A DNA stretch of 64,000 bases from Sphaerodactylus townsendi (taxonomy: Eukaryota), in contig NC_059429.1 in NCBI RefSeq assembly GCF_021028975.2, positions 107,012,001 through 107,076,000 on the forward strand, read 5' to 3'. The notes beneath the pieces were generated by a model. That model was not told the DNA's origin, made no database searches, and saw only the letters and a program-made list of their open reading frames with translations. Positions 1-13,109 of this stretch are shown piece by piece. Positions within the stretch are counted from its first letter, which is position 1, and every line of letters starts with the position of its first letter. A program made the translations under genes and the position numbers.

Positions 1-604
1 AGGTTGCCCAGGATGCAACCTGGATTTCCTACCCTGACACTTTAGCCACTATACAACGCTGCCTCTCTTCTCTTCTATTTGTCTACCTGTGGTCCATGTT
101 GCATACTGTTCCCAAGGGAACCTTTTTCCTGCCCTTCAGCGGACCTACCAAAGCGTCATCGACTTGGGGTTGTAAATTTCACTTAATAGCACAATTGTTC
201 AAACAACATCATTTTATCATTTAGACATTAACAAGTTCACAGTTTATCTAGCCCACACAACAATCTTCTGTATTATCAAGTGTGCTACTGATTTTAAAGA
301 CAAAATTGATGTACTGATATTCCCTGACATCAGGCTTGAGTGGAGGTGGTTAACAATAAGGTCAGAACTGGAAAACCTGTTCCACAGGCACCGACAATCA
401 TGGAATGCACAGGGAGCGCTCGTCTTTCAGTTTTTTTCAAGCACTGGAAAATGTTTGACAGCATGGATCAGTTTGCGTGAGGAAAGTATATTTCTGGCTT
501 TAAATTGCAATTGAAAAAACACAGTGGCCCTCTGGGAGTACAGGCCGCTGTCACCAAGACAGGGTTGATTTCAGGTAAGTTTTCACCCTGTTGAATTTGC
601 TTAT

Positions 605-657
605 AACCATTCCTGGAATGTCAGCCAGTTTCTCAACCATTCCTGGAATGTCAGCCA
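605..657. repeat. Two-copy 30-bp-period tandem duplication (aaccattcctggaatgtcagcca)
   Basis: Identical 23-mer at 605-627 and 635-657. Confidence 0.85.
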
Positions 658-2049
658 TTCTTCCCAAATGATGATGTTAGGAATACAGTACTTCAGATGT
701 GACTTTAACCAATTCTAAGGAGAGTCATACTACTTATTTCCAGTTCTGGAACACAGTGATTCTATTATTACAACTTTTGGTGCTTGTCTCCCTTGCCCCA
801 TCAACCAAGTCGATATGCTAGAATTTGTGAATGTGAACAGATTCCTCAGAATTCCAGGCTTTCTAATGAATTCAGTTATACAGAATCTGCAGAAGAGACA
901 AATGGCTGCATAAATGCATTAGTTGCCTGCCTGTGTCCAGTCTTTTAATCACAATGGCAAGAGCTAGACATTTTTTCCCAATGGTTTGAGTATGCCCTTT
1001 TAAACTAAGATAGAAAATGGCAATTATGTACTTCTGTTTGCTTGCAAGTCTTTGTGTCCTGGCTTGATTTCCATAAGCATTGGCTTGGAGTTGGATCCTA
1101 CCTGATTTGTACATTTCCCCCCCACAAGAGACCTCCAGTTCCCCTCCAACTTATTCTTGGGGGGTCTCTTGTCCTTTCAGGGTGCTTTGGACTACCATGG
1201 GAGGGGAGGTGTTGGTGAACATTGTCTCTCCAGCCATGGGAATTAGCCAGGATCTAAGCCACAGGATTGTATCCACCTGTAGAATAAGAAGCTCTTTCCA
1301 CAGGTACAAGCTAGGAAGAGAAGATATATTACCTGATTCCTCCATGTTACTGGAGCCCCCTGTCCTGCAGCTTATTTTGCTTATGAGGTTCTGCTGATCC
1401 TCAGAGGAATTTCTGGATAAATAACAGGCTGCTTGAGGGAGAAAGTGGGGGAAAGTCTGTGCTACCAACACCTTCTGTGAACTCCATTAGTGGATCCTAC
1501 CCAATATCTTAGAATTGTCATATTTTAATTGTATTGTTTTCTGTTAGTTTACAAGAACAGTCTGAAGCCAGTATCTGATTTCAATGAAGCAAGAGTGCAC
1601 CCTGACTTTGTGCGGCACAGTTAAAGGCAGAACAAACAGGTGCCTCTATTTTCCTCCACTCTGCTCTCTTGGCAAGCTTTCTAGCAGCACTTTGGTATCA
1701 GAAGTCATTCCCAGAACTCTAGCATTAGCTGCAATAATGGTCAATTAAGTGTACCAGGAAGTAATGAAGAGGAAATAACAAGAGACGTGTTGATTTCAGC
1801 TGCCCACAACAAAAGAAAATTAATGTTTGCCAAGTGGAAAATGTTAAAATCAACAGCAGGGGAGAGGGGAGTAGAATAAATATTTTTCATGCTTTTAGTA
1901 GTCTTACAAAACGCAGAGTGCCATAGAAACTAGGGCTGGAATCCAGAGCTCGCTTTCCAAGGAGAATGTCCACTGAACTTAGATCTTCCTTCTGCATAAA
2001 TATTCTTAGGGTCAGGCTATAAAACACTTCATTGGTTGCTGGCAATTTA

Positions 2050-2635
2050 CCATATATACTCCAGTATAAGCCGAGGTTTTCAGCCCTGTTTTAAGACCCC
2101 CTCGGCTTATACACGTGTCACCGCTTACCAGCAATCACAAGCACTTATTGCTGCCCTCCCTTGAGGGCGAAGGGGAAACCCCCGCAGCCAGCGGACTCTT
2201 CAGGCCTCTGCCAAGGCTGGGGGCGTGGCCTGGGATGACCTCCCTGCAGCTGCACAAGCCACTTGTTGCTGCCCTCCTCCAAGGGTGAAGGGGGAACCCC
2301 GAGGCACCCCTGCTGGCTGGGCTTCCTCAAACCCCAGGCGGGAGGCAGAGGGAGCTCATTTGGGCAGTGACATCAGGGGGAGTCACTACCCAAATAAGAA
2401 GCTCCCTCTGCCTCCCCTCTGGGTTTGAGGAAGCCCAGCCAGCTGGCAGGCAGAGGGAGCTCCTTATTTTGGCAGTGACTCCCCCTGATGTCACTGCCCA
2501 AATAAGGAGCTCCCTCGGCTGGCTGGGCTTCCTCAAACCCCAGCTTCCCACCCTCAGCTTATACAGGAGTCAATAAGTTTTCCCAGGTTTTGGTGGTAAA
2601 ATTAGGTGCCTCGGCTTATACACGAGTATATACAG
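2050..2635. mobile_element. Tc1/mariner-pogo (Tigger-like) non-autonomous DNA transposon
   Basis: TIRs ccatatatactccagtataagccgagg / cctcggcttatacacgagtatatacag; TA on both sides (2048-2049, 2636-2637); palindromic interior. Confidence 0.8.
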
Positions 2636-4499
2636 TACCACTGAGGTGAACTGGATTGCAGCCTCTTTATCACCAAGTTGTGATCTAAAGCTTGATTTCC
2701 AGGTGTCTTTTTTGCTTTACCATTTCTGTGGTCCTGTTCAGACATCAGGAACACCGTGGGAACAAATGTGGCATGTGGCTGGACTCCTGCACACCCTTCT
2801 TCTTGTGCAGCGTGAAAGAGATTGAACTCTTCTGTTCAAGTAAACCAAGATGACTGCCTAATGAGCTTTTCTTCACCACAATCCAGGATTCTAGGCCAGA
2901 ATTAAATCCTGGTTTAGAAACCCATGTTACAGAATTAAGCTTGATTGAATTTGGAATTCACGGGGAAGAGGGCGGGGGAAGCACAAAAGCAATCTGGCTT
3001 TATTCCTGTCATGACCAAAAAGGCACGGGGCAACATCTAAACGTTGCCTGGATGCGGTACAAAGGGCTGGATACTTCAGAGAGTATGCAAAGAGGATTGT
3101 GCCCAGCAGCTTTCTGAGGCCTTCAAAAAGCTGTTTACTTTTGTACAGTCTATATGCCAACAACTTCAGCTGATGAGCATCACGATTTAGAGGGGTTTGT
3201 CTGATATCAGCTGCTCCCAGAGGCTTCCCGTGCTGTTCTGCCACTGTTCCGGAATAAGTCTCACTTAGAAGTTTGGGCTGCCCTTTCACTGTCTGTCTGA
3301 CTTCAGAGGGAACAGTCAAGCTAGTGGAGCAGAGAGCTTTTCTGGGCTCATGAATGTTTGATGTGAGCCAAGCTGATGTGACTGGTTTTTATTGTTCTGA
3401 AGTTAACAGGTTTATAAGTATTTTTAGTGCTTTTTAAAATGCCACCTTGAGTTGTAGGGAGTAAGATGGTTTATAGGTGACCTTAAAAACTATAAGGTGG
3501 TTTTAATAACTATAAATGATCAGTCCCGGGTGGCATGTAAACAAAATATGAGGTGTGTTGGGCTTTTATGAAGAGGGGAATTTGGGGGCAGGGCTTCTTC
3601 GCTTTTCACTCCACCAAATTGGGCTCCTCCAGTATTAAAAAGCTCTCTCGTATTGGAATGTAAACTCAAGTGTATGTGTGCTTTCATAAATGAAAATGGC
3701 TTTGAGCTTTTTCCCCTTTTCATTTTCATTTTGTTCATTCAGCACCTTTAAAAGCAAGAGAAAGCAAGGTAGGTGGTTGGTTGGAAAGCTCATCGCTGAG
3801 TTACCCCACAAGAGTTCCATTCCCAGAAACCAGAGATCAGGTTTTAAACTTTTGCCTGAGCTTCCTAGAAACTCAGATATTTGGAACATGTTATAGATAG
3901 ATGGAATAATATTGGACACTTATAAAACAAGTGAAAATTCAATTTGTAGCCAGATCTGTTTAATTTCTAAGTATCCCTCCCCCACTTTGGACAGAGATGG
4001 TTCAAGGCACTCCAATTTATTGGAAAGTTTATTGAGGCTCATCCAAGGATTTGCTGAACACTTGATACAGAATTGTGCTTTGTACACACAGGGTTTCCTT
4101 CTAGTTTGGGAATTTCCTTATGGGCTGATCAAAATTTGAGATACAGATTTAAAATCCCTTTCCCCCAGAGAATTTCGGGTCAGTCACTTCAAAATTATAG
4201 ATTTATTTATTGAATTCACAGCCCGTCTTTTCCCATTAGAACCCAGCTCTTAAAATTGTACAGTTTTCAGGCAGCCCGAAACTAATCAGAGGAAGGGAGC
4301 TAATTAGGCAAAAGAGAACACAGGAAAATTACTTAAAGGAAATAATGAAAAGGGACAAAGGAAAGGAAAAATAGGAAGGGAGGAATTTGTTGTACCGGTC
4401 ACCAGAATTAGAATTGGGTTACTTAGAATGCCATGCACAAATAGACAAAGATCAGGGATACTTTTATCAGAAGCATTGACAGGATGACCAAACAGGATG

Positions 4500-5040
4500 C
4501 CAATTCTTCTTGTACCACCTCTCAATTTTTATGCAGCTTGGGGTTTCATTGGGAGTTTTCTACAAAAAAAGGCCTGTTTTACCCCTAAAAATCACATGAA
4601 TTTCTCCATAACACCTTCCACTTGTGGCTGTCTCGACTATAGAATGCTGTGCAGGTAATCTTGTAGAAAATCAGGAGGCGCTAACTTCAGCACTGACCGT
4701 CTTAAGGCCAATCTGGTACTCTAGTACCATTACTAAAAAAATTTCTGTGATTCACTGTAGTTAGGCAATAAATTACTGGGCCACTTGGCATCACGGATGT
4801 TTACACTAGGGGACTGAGATTGTGACAACACCCTTTAGAAAACGTAGGACATCTGGATGTTTTGATACTGATAGGCCATTTATTTTTGGCCATACCGTGG
4901 ACAGCCCTGCCATTTGCCTTCTTAGAGTGGCTGCATTCAGACCCCCTCTTACACCTTCCTGCAGGAAACTAAGAATGTTGACAATTCCTGGTTTCTCAGG
5001 ATCCACCTTCTTCTGCCTGGCCGCATGGCATCAGAGCTGA
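4500..5040 (-). mobile_element. DIRS-type retrotransposon tyrosine recombinase fragment
   Basis: ORF 4806-5006 ILSFLQEGVRGGLNAATLRRQMAGLS...HPDVLRFLKG matches the N-terminal SAM-like region of DIRS YR proteins; a degenerate C-terminal remnant lies near 4520-4660. Confidence 0.75.
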
Positions 5041-7129
5041 CCACATTTTATTTTAACAAGCAATTAGTACCTTGTTTAAGTATCTGTCACAACTCAGATG
5101 CTAGCTACGTTTCTACTAGGGACAGGTTTAGATTACCTTAACCACTCAACAGAAGCTCTGTGTGTGTGTAAGTAAGCAGAACAAATTAGCATCAGAGAGG
5201 TGTGCCTATTCCACCTAATATTTGCATCGGACTTACATAACTGATATTCCACAAACAATCTGGAAATTGACTGTGTGAGTAGGCTTATGGGTGTTGAATT
5301 TTACCTATGCAGGTGCTATGGAAATGTTACAGGCTTCGTGTGGACATCCCAGCATGCTGAGAAGTGGGGCAGTGGGTGGTGTGGTCTCACTGCTCTTCTG
5401 GATATGCAGCCACTGCCCTTCATGGAGTTTGCCAGAATTAATTCTTGGTATGCCGTCCAGATTTTTAACTCTTCTACTTCTAAAAATAAATATCAGAAGG
5501 TATAGATGTATCTCTAGCAGAGGGCTATATTTCCTCTCAAATTTATAATCAAACCTGCATTTTAAATTCAAGCTAGATTTGTGGAAGAATGGGGGTGGGG
5601 GTGGCAGCGGCTGTGTGCTATTTAAATTAAGAATTTTGTGACGTTTACTTTCAAATACAAATCTCACGGTCTAAAAACCTGATTGGGGACAGTTTTGAGC
5701 AGAGGCACAGCCAGTGAATGGGTTAATAGCTACCACTCTGCAGTGACCTTTCCTATTTTAAAACATCTCCCAGGCTACCCTTACATATTTCAATGTAAAA
5801 TGAAAGGTGGGCTTCAGAAACTTGGGGCTTCCATTCCTCTAGGTTAGATGCCCTCTTTCAAATGACTGCCTGGCAAAAGGAGACAACTAAGCTCTTTTCT
5901 TTTCTTTGGTCACTTGATACTTGGGAGTTGACATAGATTCTGATTTCTGGGTCACTTTAGTATCTGTTGGTGGCTTGGAGATTGATGGTACTGCGGAACA
6001 GTGTCTTATATCATCAGACACCATCAGAGGAGGACAAGAGCTCCTGGGGATTTTGACCTGCTTCTCAAAATGAAGTGTGGCAGGTGGTTTATCCTAGTGC
6101 TTACATAAAACATCCAAGAGCAGTAAACCTAACTTCCCTGCTCTGCGTGGGTTATGCCCCAGAAACATCTTCAGTTTTGTCAGTAATAGTTTGACTTATG
6201 GTAGAGTCTTGTGGCTTACTTTGAGTGCACCAAACTAATACAGCTACAGTTGTTTACACAGTGTATCTATGATGCCAAAGATCTACATCTTTGCATCCAC
6301 AAAGGAAACTGTGATCTTGGGGTAAGGCTGTCACAGTGAGATGCATATAAAGCAAAATGACAACAGACATTCTTGAAAAGTATTTTTTAATTGGGACTTT
6401 TAAAAAAGTCGGACAAGCAACAACAGACCGGGAAAGGGAGGGCTCCAAATTTCTTCTGTGCCAATTATAAGATTTACCACTTACTCTCTAGTTATGATTA
6501 TGGACACAATTCAATTCTTAATTATTAGTAGTATTAAGTAGGATTTACTATTACATTCATTTTCTCTATTACATTCATTTTCTTACTTGCTTAGTCCTCA
6601 AGTCCACAAATTGTCACTTCGGTTTTTTGTTTGTTTGAAGCAAAAAGTCTATCAAGAATTTTCATTTAGCAATAAACTTAGATAAGTTCTTTTCACTATA
6701 ATCAAAGAAGTAAGTTTAGACATCTTACGGACATGGTATAGATATGTACACACAACCTGCACATGAGAAAACCCAATGACAACAACAAGAAAGTCTTAAA
6801 TGATGTCAGTCCTAAATTCACAGTCTATTCCTACGTAAATATGTCAGTGAGGGAGAGAATCATTTCAAATAGTGTCCATAATGATCTCCCAGGGAATCTC
6901 TGGCAGGGTTGGTAGCTACTCTAGACTCTCATCCCAATGTATGAAAGAATTCCAAGTTGAGTACAGTTCTTTTTAGGACATTCAAATCTGGTCAGAGGGA
7001 ACTGCCAGCTTTCATATATAGCTCGTTGTTAGCTTCAGAGAATATTGCTTCTGGGTTGGCTCCTTTGGGTTTCTCATTGCAGCATACAAGGATTAGAATG
7101 CCCTTTGCAATAACTGAACATTTTTTTAT

Positions 7130-7525
7130 CATTTTTCAGTAATTAATTGAAATTACAACAGCCAACATTATTTCAAGGGGGTGTCGTAGTAAGTCTTATC
7201 CTGGCTGATCTCCCTGTTGGGTGTACAATGGTAATGCTTTCCTGTGAAATATTTTTTTGAAATAATTTTGGCTGTTACCATTTGAATCAATTACCTAAAA
7301 AGATCCAAAAAGTACTCATCTGGTTTCTTTAAAATCTTCTGGATTATTGAATGCATTTGTGTGCTTTTATTTAAGCTTTGTAAGTTCACCATAAATAGTA
7401 AAATGACCCTTCATAATGTTCATATTACCAACATACGTTTGGAACATTTGTATGCATTACAAAAATTTTCCTTGAGGTTGTAACGTAATATAAATTTAAG
7501 GCATTTTAACCACATATTAACCTGA
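7130..7525 (-). mobile_element. Degraded L1-clade LINE ORF2 C-terminal fragment
   Basis: Minus translation gives WLKCLKF..NLKENF, EGSFYYLW*T and HSIIQKIL, resembling the L1 ORF2 cysteine-rich C-terminus. Confidence 0.55.
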
Positions 7526-7579
7526 TCTCTCTCACTCCCCCACCCCTTCCCATTTATTATCCCTCTAGAAATATGGTTA

Positions 7580-7765
7580 ACCCAGTCTGGTCAGATCTTG
7601 GAAGCTAAGCAGGGGTTGGTTATGGTCAGTATTTGGATGGGAGACCACCAAGGGACACCAGGATCACAGCACAGAGGCAGGCAATGGCAAACCATCTTTG
7701 AAATTCTCTTGCCTTGAAAATCCTGTAGGGTCACCATAAGTTGGCTCTGACTTGGGGGCAAAAGA
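7580..7765 (+). mobile_element. 5S rRNA-headed SINE (5S-Sauria-like)
   Basis: 5S-derived head (gatcttggaagctaagcagg...tggatgggagacc) fused to a Sauria/RTE-type tail (caggcaatggcaaacc...gccttgaaaa...gtcaccataagt). Confidence 0.75.
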
Positions 7766-7908
7766 AGGAGAAAGATGGCAGCCTCTGCAGGCAAGGAAGA
7801 CTGTAAAATAGCACCACTTAACAATGCTATATAATTGCTTTCTTTTCTTCCACTTCCTCCCTGTGGAACATCTCTGGTCCAAGGGAGCTGGTCTCACTCC
7901 CTATGGCA

Positions 7909-8283
7909 CAGGTGTCAAACTCACGGCCCTCCAGATGTTTATTTATTTATTTTATTTATTTATCAGTCTTATAGACTGCCCAACCCCCGAAGGGCTCTGG
8001 GCGGTGAACAACATAAAATAACAATTACATAATGGACTGTAAATAATTTAAGTTAAAATGCAGCAATTAATAAACAACTAACAACAGTGCCCGCAACAAT
8101 TCCTGTTAGACTCTCCCAGAAGGGGAGAAAAAGAGTGGGCCCATAGATGGTAATGGGCCCAAAATGATGTTATGGTGATGTTATGGACTACATCATCCCA
8201 TGTTATGGACTTCATCATCCCAGTACCTATCATGGGAACTGTAGTCCATAACATCTGGAGGGCCATGGGTTTGACAACAGCTG
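7909..8283. mobile_element. hAT-type MITE interrupted by a minus-strand L2 3' tail (~7938-8165)
   Basis: Inverted arms gtcaaactcacggccctccagatgtt / aacatctggagggccatgggtttgac; the insert starts with (ttta)n followed by ccgaagggctctgggcggtg, the reverse complement of the L2 tail at 48566-48585. Confidence 0.7.
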
Positions 8284-8845
8284 ACCACAATGCTGTGTTT
8301 CAGCTGCACTGATTCAAACTGTTACATGCCCTGCCCTGCTTTGGTTTGGCAAGGTATGCTGGGGTGCCAGAGACTTCCCAGAGAGTGCACAAAGCAATGC
8401 TGTGATTTGTCAGTGTTTTCTCTGTCAGAAGGTTCTGTGGCTAAGGGCGTTCAGCTGAAAAATTATCTCTGTGGTAGCCAGACAACTGCATGATTAATAT
8501 CTATTATTGCTAAACAAACAGCTCATTAAGCTCTCTCTAGGAAGTGTGCTCCAATACACTGCATGAGCTGAAAGGAAGATGTTCAGAGGCTTCTAAAGCA
8601 AGCTAGAAAACAAAAGCTTCATTTTTGGAGGAAAATAAGCTTTAATTAAAATGCAACAGAGATTTAAGTGGCTGAAATGCCACAGGCTACCACATAAGTA
8701 CGAGTTCCAAATTCTAAGGAACCGGTGCGGCCAGGCCCAGGTCTCCAGCCTGGCCATTTAAGTGACAACTTGGGTTAACACAGTGAGGAACAGTGTTGAT
8801 GCACTGCGAGGACTCCGCTTCCCAGCCTTGAGTGGTGCAGGATAT

Positions 8846-8984
8846 AGGGTTGTCTGGTGCAGTTTGGGAAATCTTTGGAGACCTGGGGGTGGATCAGTTT
8901 TCTCCATGGGAACTCAACTTGGTTGTCTGGAGAGCAGCTAAAATTTTGGGGATCTCCAATCTCCACCTGGATGTTGGCAACCCT
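8846..8984. mobile_element. Short non-autonomous DNA element with tagggttg(cc) termini
   Basis: Starts tagggttgtc and ends ggcaacccta; related copies near 18570-18775, 39435-40835 and 43150-43330. Confidence 0.55.
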
Positions 8985-9388
8985 AACAGATGACTGGTAT
9001 GGTCTCCAGGGCCCACTGGCTGAGTCTGGGAGGGAAGGGGTGTCCTTTGCATGGAGTGTCAAAGCATCTCAAACTAGTCCTGGCGGGATGCAGGAGAGGT
9101 AAATGATGTAATATGCGGGGGGTGGGTGGGTGGGTGTTTACTATGTTCCAAACAGGATGTTGGAAAACTGGAAATAAATCAAAGGTGTGTGATGCTAATG
9201 AAAACGCCAGATAAAAACCAGTCTGTTTTGGAAGCTGATTCCCACTGTTTTCTTCCATGGAGCCTCAGGCTACAGTACAATGGTGTTGCTGCATTTACCC
9301 TTACAACAGGGCAGATCCATTCAGTGATCTCCCCAAAACAAGTCTGGTTTTGTCCCACTGAAGAAACAGGAACAATTTTTCTCCCAGA

Positions 9389-9584
9389 ACTAGGTCTGCT
9401 AAAAACAGGGGGACAGGTCCATGTTCCTGATCTCCAAGGTCAGTGCCTTGGACTATGTTTTTAAGTTATGGTGAGCATTTCGGGTATGTTGTTGAAATGT
9501 TCACTATAACTTGAAAATAGTCCAAGGCACTGACCTTGGAGATCAGGAACATGGCCCTGTCCCCCTGCTTTTGGCAGGCCTAGT
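9389..9584. repeat. ~90-bp-arm inverted repeat (foldback)
   Basis: 9389-9481 is the near reverse complement of 9494-9584 (e.g. catgttcctgatctccaaggtcagtgccttggactat / atagtccaaggcactgaccttggagatcaggaacatg). Confidence 0.85.
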
Positions 9585-9711
9585 CCTGCCTTATTATTGA
9601 AATGCTCACCATGACTTGAAAAGATAGTTCAAGGCTGGTCAGGGTCTGCTAAAAGCAGACCGATGGGGCCAAATCCCTGATCTCCAGGAAGGCCAGGGAG
9701 TGGGGCTGAGG

Positions 9712-9810
9712 GAACATAACGTAAGAACTAGCCTGCTGGATCAGACCAGAGTCCATCTAGTCCAGCACTTTGCTACTCGCAGTGGCCCACCAGGTGCCTT
9801 TGGGAGCTCC
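9712..9810 (-). mobile_element. CR1 LINE 3' UTR/tail fragment
   Basis: Near-identical reverse complement of the CR1 3' end at ~15868-15968. Confidence 0.85.
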
Positions 9811-9959
9811 AGGTGCCTTTGGGAGGCCCAACTTTGCATTCTCTGCAGGTGGGCAGGGCTTCATGGCAGGGATGGGTGGGGCTTCTGGGGGTGTCCCAAG
9901 GAGGTTTTGTCTCCGGGCGCTGTTTGGACCCCAAATGCCTCTGTGTATGATTAAATGGT

Positions 9960-10850
9960 TCTGCTAGACCATTTTGAGGAGGCGAGTATATACTGATTTT
10001 GCATGCTGCATACCTTCTTGTTCTGGGTAATTCTGGAATTCACTTGCACTCTATTCAGTCCCATTATCCAAGAACAAAATTTCTGGGGCTCTTCCATGCT
10101 TGTTTTTAACATATGCTATTTAAATTTTGAACTTATTCAGTACTTTATCTTTTGATTTGATGCTTACTGCATCAATAAAAGTCAACATGTATTTGTTTCC
10201 ACCAACAGAAGGCGCTAGAGATCCAATTAGGTCTGAATGTACTTTTGTTAGCACTTTCTTTTATCCTGCTCCTTGTTGCCCTGAATAATGAGGACCAGTG
10301 CATTTCGCCTTAATGCATATTTCACAGCGTCTATTACTTTTGTTGCATTCAACTAGTTTTAAATCACAGTTTTTTATAAGTTTCCTTCTGTGACCTAATT
10401 TTATATGCCAGCCATAAACACAACTGGAGTGAGAACAGTCTTCCGTTTTATGTGATAAATGGCTCTCTTAGCACTTCCAACATCTCTTAGATAGAAAAAG
10501 ATTCCAATCTTTGAACTCCGTAATAAGTTTTGGATTATAAATGCAACCTATTTCTCCATCCATTATAATCTTGTTTCCATCATTCAGCAGTCTAGTAACT
10601 GATATTACATTTTCACTAGCATCAGGTGTATACAATGATTCTATTAGGTCATGCTGTACTGCCTCAACTCAAAAACATCAGTTCTCACAGTACCTTTTCC
10701 ATATACTTTCAGTGGTTTTCCATCAGCTTGTAAAATTTTCTCTTCTTCACTTTCTTTCAGTTCAATAAAATAGTTTTTGTTATTGCAAACATGGGGAAAA
10801 GATCCAGAGTCCAAATGAAATAAATTCACTTTATCCTGCTCCTTGTTGCC
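9960..10850 (-). mobile_element. Ty1/copia LTR retrotransposon pol remnant (protease then integrase)
   Basis: Minus translation: FHLDSGSFPHVCNN...ADGKPLKVYGKGTV (protease), WHIKLGH and CEICIKAK (HHCC), VHSDLIGSLAPSVGGNKYMLTFID, DNGTE and frameshifted PQNGLAE (integrase core). PR-INT order is diagnostic of copia. Confidence 0.85.
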
Positions 10851-10919
10851 CTGTAATCAATTGTAATCATTATGCTCATCTTTTCTTTGTTTGCCCCTTT
10901 TTTGTAACTTACTCTATTT

Positions 10920-11626
10920 CTCACCAGAGACTATTGAGAAAACTCAGCAATCAAGGAATAAGAGGGGAAGTCCACCTATGGATTAAAAACTGGTTGAGAA
11001 ACAGGAAGCAAAGACAAGTGGGTGTAAATGGGACATTCTCACAATGGAGAGTTGTAGGGAGTGGTGTCCCCCAAGGATCCGTTGTGGGACCAGTGCTCTT
11101 TAACCTATTCATAAATGACCTGGAAGTAGGGGTGGGTAGCGTGGTGGCCAAGTTTGCAGATGATACCAAATTATGTAGGGTGGTGAGAACCACAAAGGAT
11201 TGCGAAGAGCTCCAAGCGGACCTTGATAAATTAGGTGAGTGGGCTAAGAAATGGCAAATGCAGTTCAATGTAGCAAAATGTAAAGTGATGCACATAGGGG
11301 CAAAAAATCCAAACTTCACATACACGCTACAAGGGTCAGTGCTATCAGTCACAGACCAGGAAAGGGATTTGGGCGTCTTAGTTGATAGTTCCATGGGAAT
11401 GTCAACTCAATGCATGGCAGCTGTGAAAAAGGCAAACTCTATGCTGGGGATCATTAGGAAAGGAATTGAGAATAAAACTGCAAAGATTGTCATGCCCTTA
11501 TATAAAGCAGTGGTGCAACCGCACTTGGAGTACTGTGTTCAGTTCTGGTCACCACATCTCAAAAAGGATATCGAAGAGATAGAAAAAGTGCAGAGAAGGG
11601 CAACGAGGATGATTGAGGGACTGGAG
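10920..11626 (+). mobile_element. 5'-truncated CR1 LINE, left part (RT domain)
   Basis: GVPQGSVVGPVLFNLFINDL, KFADDTKL, HLEYCVQFWSP; the sequence resumes at 15972. Confidence 0.92.
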
Positions 11627-12013
11627 TCTCTGGAACCAGCAGAGAAGAGGAGCAGTGGAGGACAGCAGTGGGCCAGAAAGGGCTGAGGAGCTTGACAGAG
11701 GGCTTTTCTCAAAGCCACATCTTTTAAACAGTGTATTTTAAACAGGGGGTTTCGGTGGTTTCTGCCTTGTCCTAGGGCTGCTGATTGGTGGAAGCTGCTG
11801 AAGGGTGGGGCTTCTCACATTTGTAAATCTTTTCAGTTAGTGCTGAAGGGGTGGGGCTTCTCACATTTTTAAATCTTTTCAGTTAGTCTCTGGAACCAGC
11901 GGCAGGTGTTTTACTAAATAAAAACATATTTTAAGGGATAGTAGAAGGTATAGAAACCTTAAGAGGGAGGCACTAATTAAAATTAGTATTTGAATATCTA
12001 AACAAAATTAGAT

Positions 12014-12912
12014 ATGAAGACAGGAAGCCAGCAGGGGATGGGGGCTTTCCAGTGTTTTGCACTGAGTGTCTCCATGTATAACTATCTGCCACTAGGGCAG
12101 TCGGCGTGTGCCCTCGCTGCAATGAGTTCCTGGCACTCAAGGAACATGTGCTCTTGAAGCCAAGGTAGCAGACCTCGAGAAGCTGACAGAGGCAGAGAGG
12201 GCAACAAACGACGCTTTCGGGGACCTAGCAGCCAGCTCCCACCCCCAAGGTGACATCTCTTCAGATGTCATCGAGAATGAAGGTCTTGGGGACGGAGGGG
12301 TGCTAGTCTGAGGTGGTGGAAGATGCTCCCTTAGATGGGACCCCTTCCTTAGCTGGTGGTCAGATATCCCTCTCGCGACTGAGGATACCCCGGGAGGTGG
12401 GGGGCTCCTTTGTAGTGGGTGATCTCGATCATTAGGAATATAGAGAGTTGGGTTTTGTGACAGGCGTGATGACCGGTGATGGTGACTTGCCTGCCTGGCG
12501 CGGTTGTCATGGATGTCATTCAGCCTAGATAGGCTGTTAGACAGTGCTGGGGTGGAGTCAGCAGTTGTGGTCCACATTGGTACCAATGACATTGGGAAAT
12601 GTAGCCGGGAGGTTCTGGAAGCGAAATTTAGGCTGCTAGGAAAAAGGTTAAAATCCAGGACACGCAAGGTGGCATTCTCCGAAATGCTACATGTTTGACG
12701 CGCAGGGAGAGCAAGGCAAGCGGAGATACAGGGTCTCAATGCGTGGATGAGAAGGTGGTGTAAGGCAGAGGGTTTCAGCTTTGTCAGGAACTGGGGAACC
12801 TTTTGGGATAAGGCAGGCCTGTACAAAAGGGACGGGCTTCATCTTAACCAAAGAGGAACCAGGCTGCTGGCCAACGTTAAAAAAAGGTGGCAGAACAGCT
12901 TTTTTAAACTGA
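12014..12912 (+). pseudogene. CR1 ORF1, SGNH-hydrolase/esterase-like, frameshifted
   Basis: VVVHIGTNDIGK, WGTFWDKAGLYKRDGLHLN motifs spread over several frames. Confidence 0.8.
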
Positions 12913-13109
12913 TCCCTGGGGAAAGCCAATAGGAGCAGAGGTGACCTAGGTTCGGAATCCAGAGTCCATGGGGATGCAGACACAGAGAGAGGTTTTTCTA
13001 AATCAACCACATACAAGCTGAGGAGCATAGCAATGTGATAAGTGATAGTGTCTACAAAAGGCTAGAGGGCAAAACACATAAATCCCAGGTTAAGGGACAG
13101 AGACAGAGT

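Noticed and set aside
2927-3319. 130-aa minus-strand ORF
   Set aside because: Non-ATG start and no splice support; the plus strand faintly resembles a decayed LINE C-terminus but too weakly to call.
5312-5447. Plus-strand exon candidate (tgcag|GTGC...CTTG|gtatgc)
   Set aside because: Plausible signals, but isolated, with no partner exons or recognisable peptide.
7580-7660. 5S rRNA gene (also near 17510, 26150, 44215, 48785, 62660)
   Set aside because: Partial, diverged and fused to a common retroposon tail: these are SINE heads.
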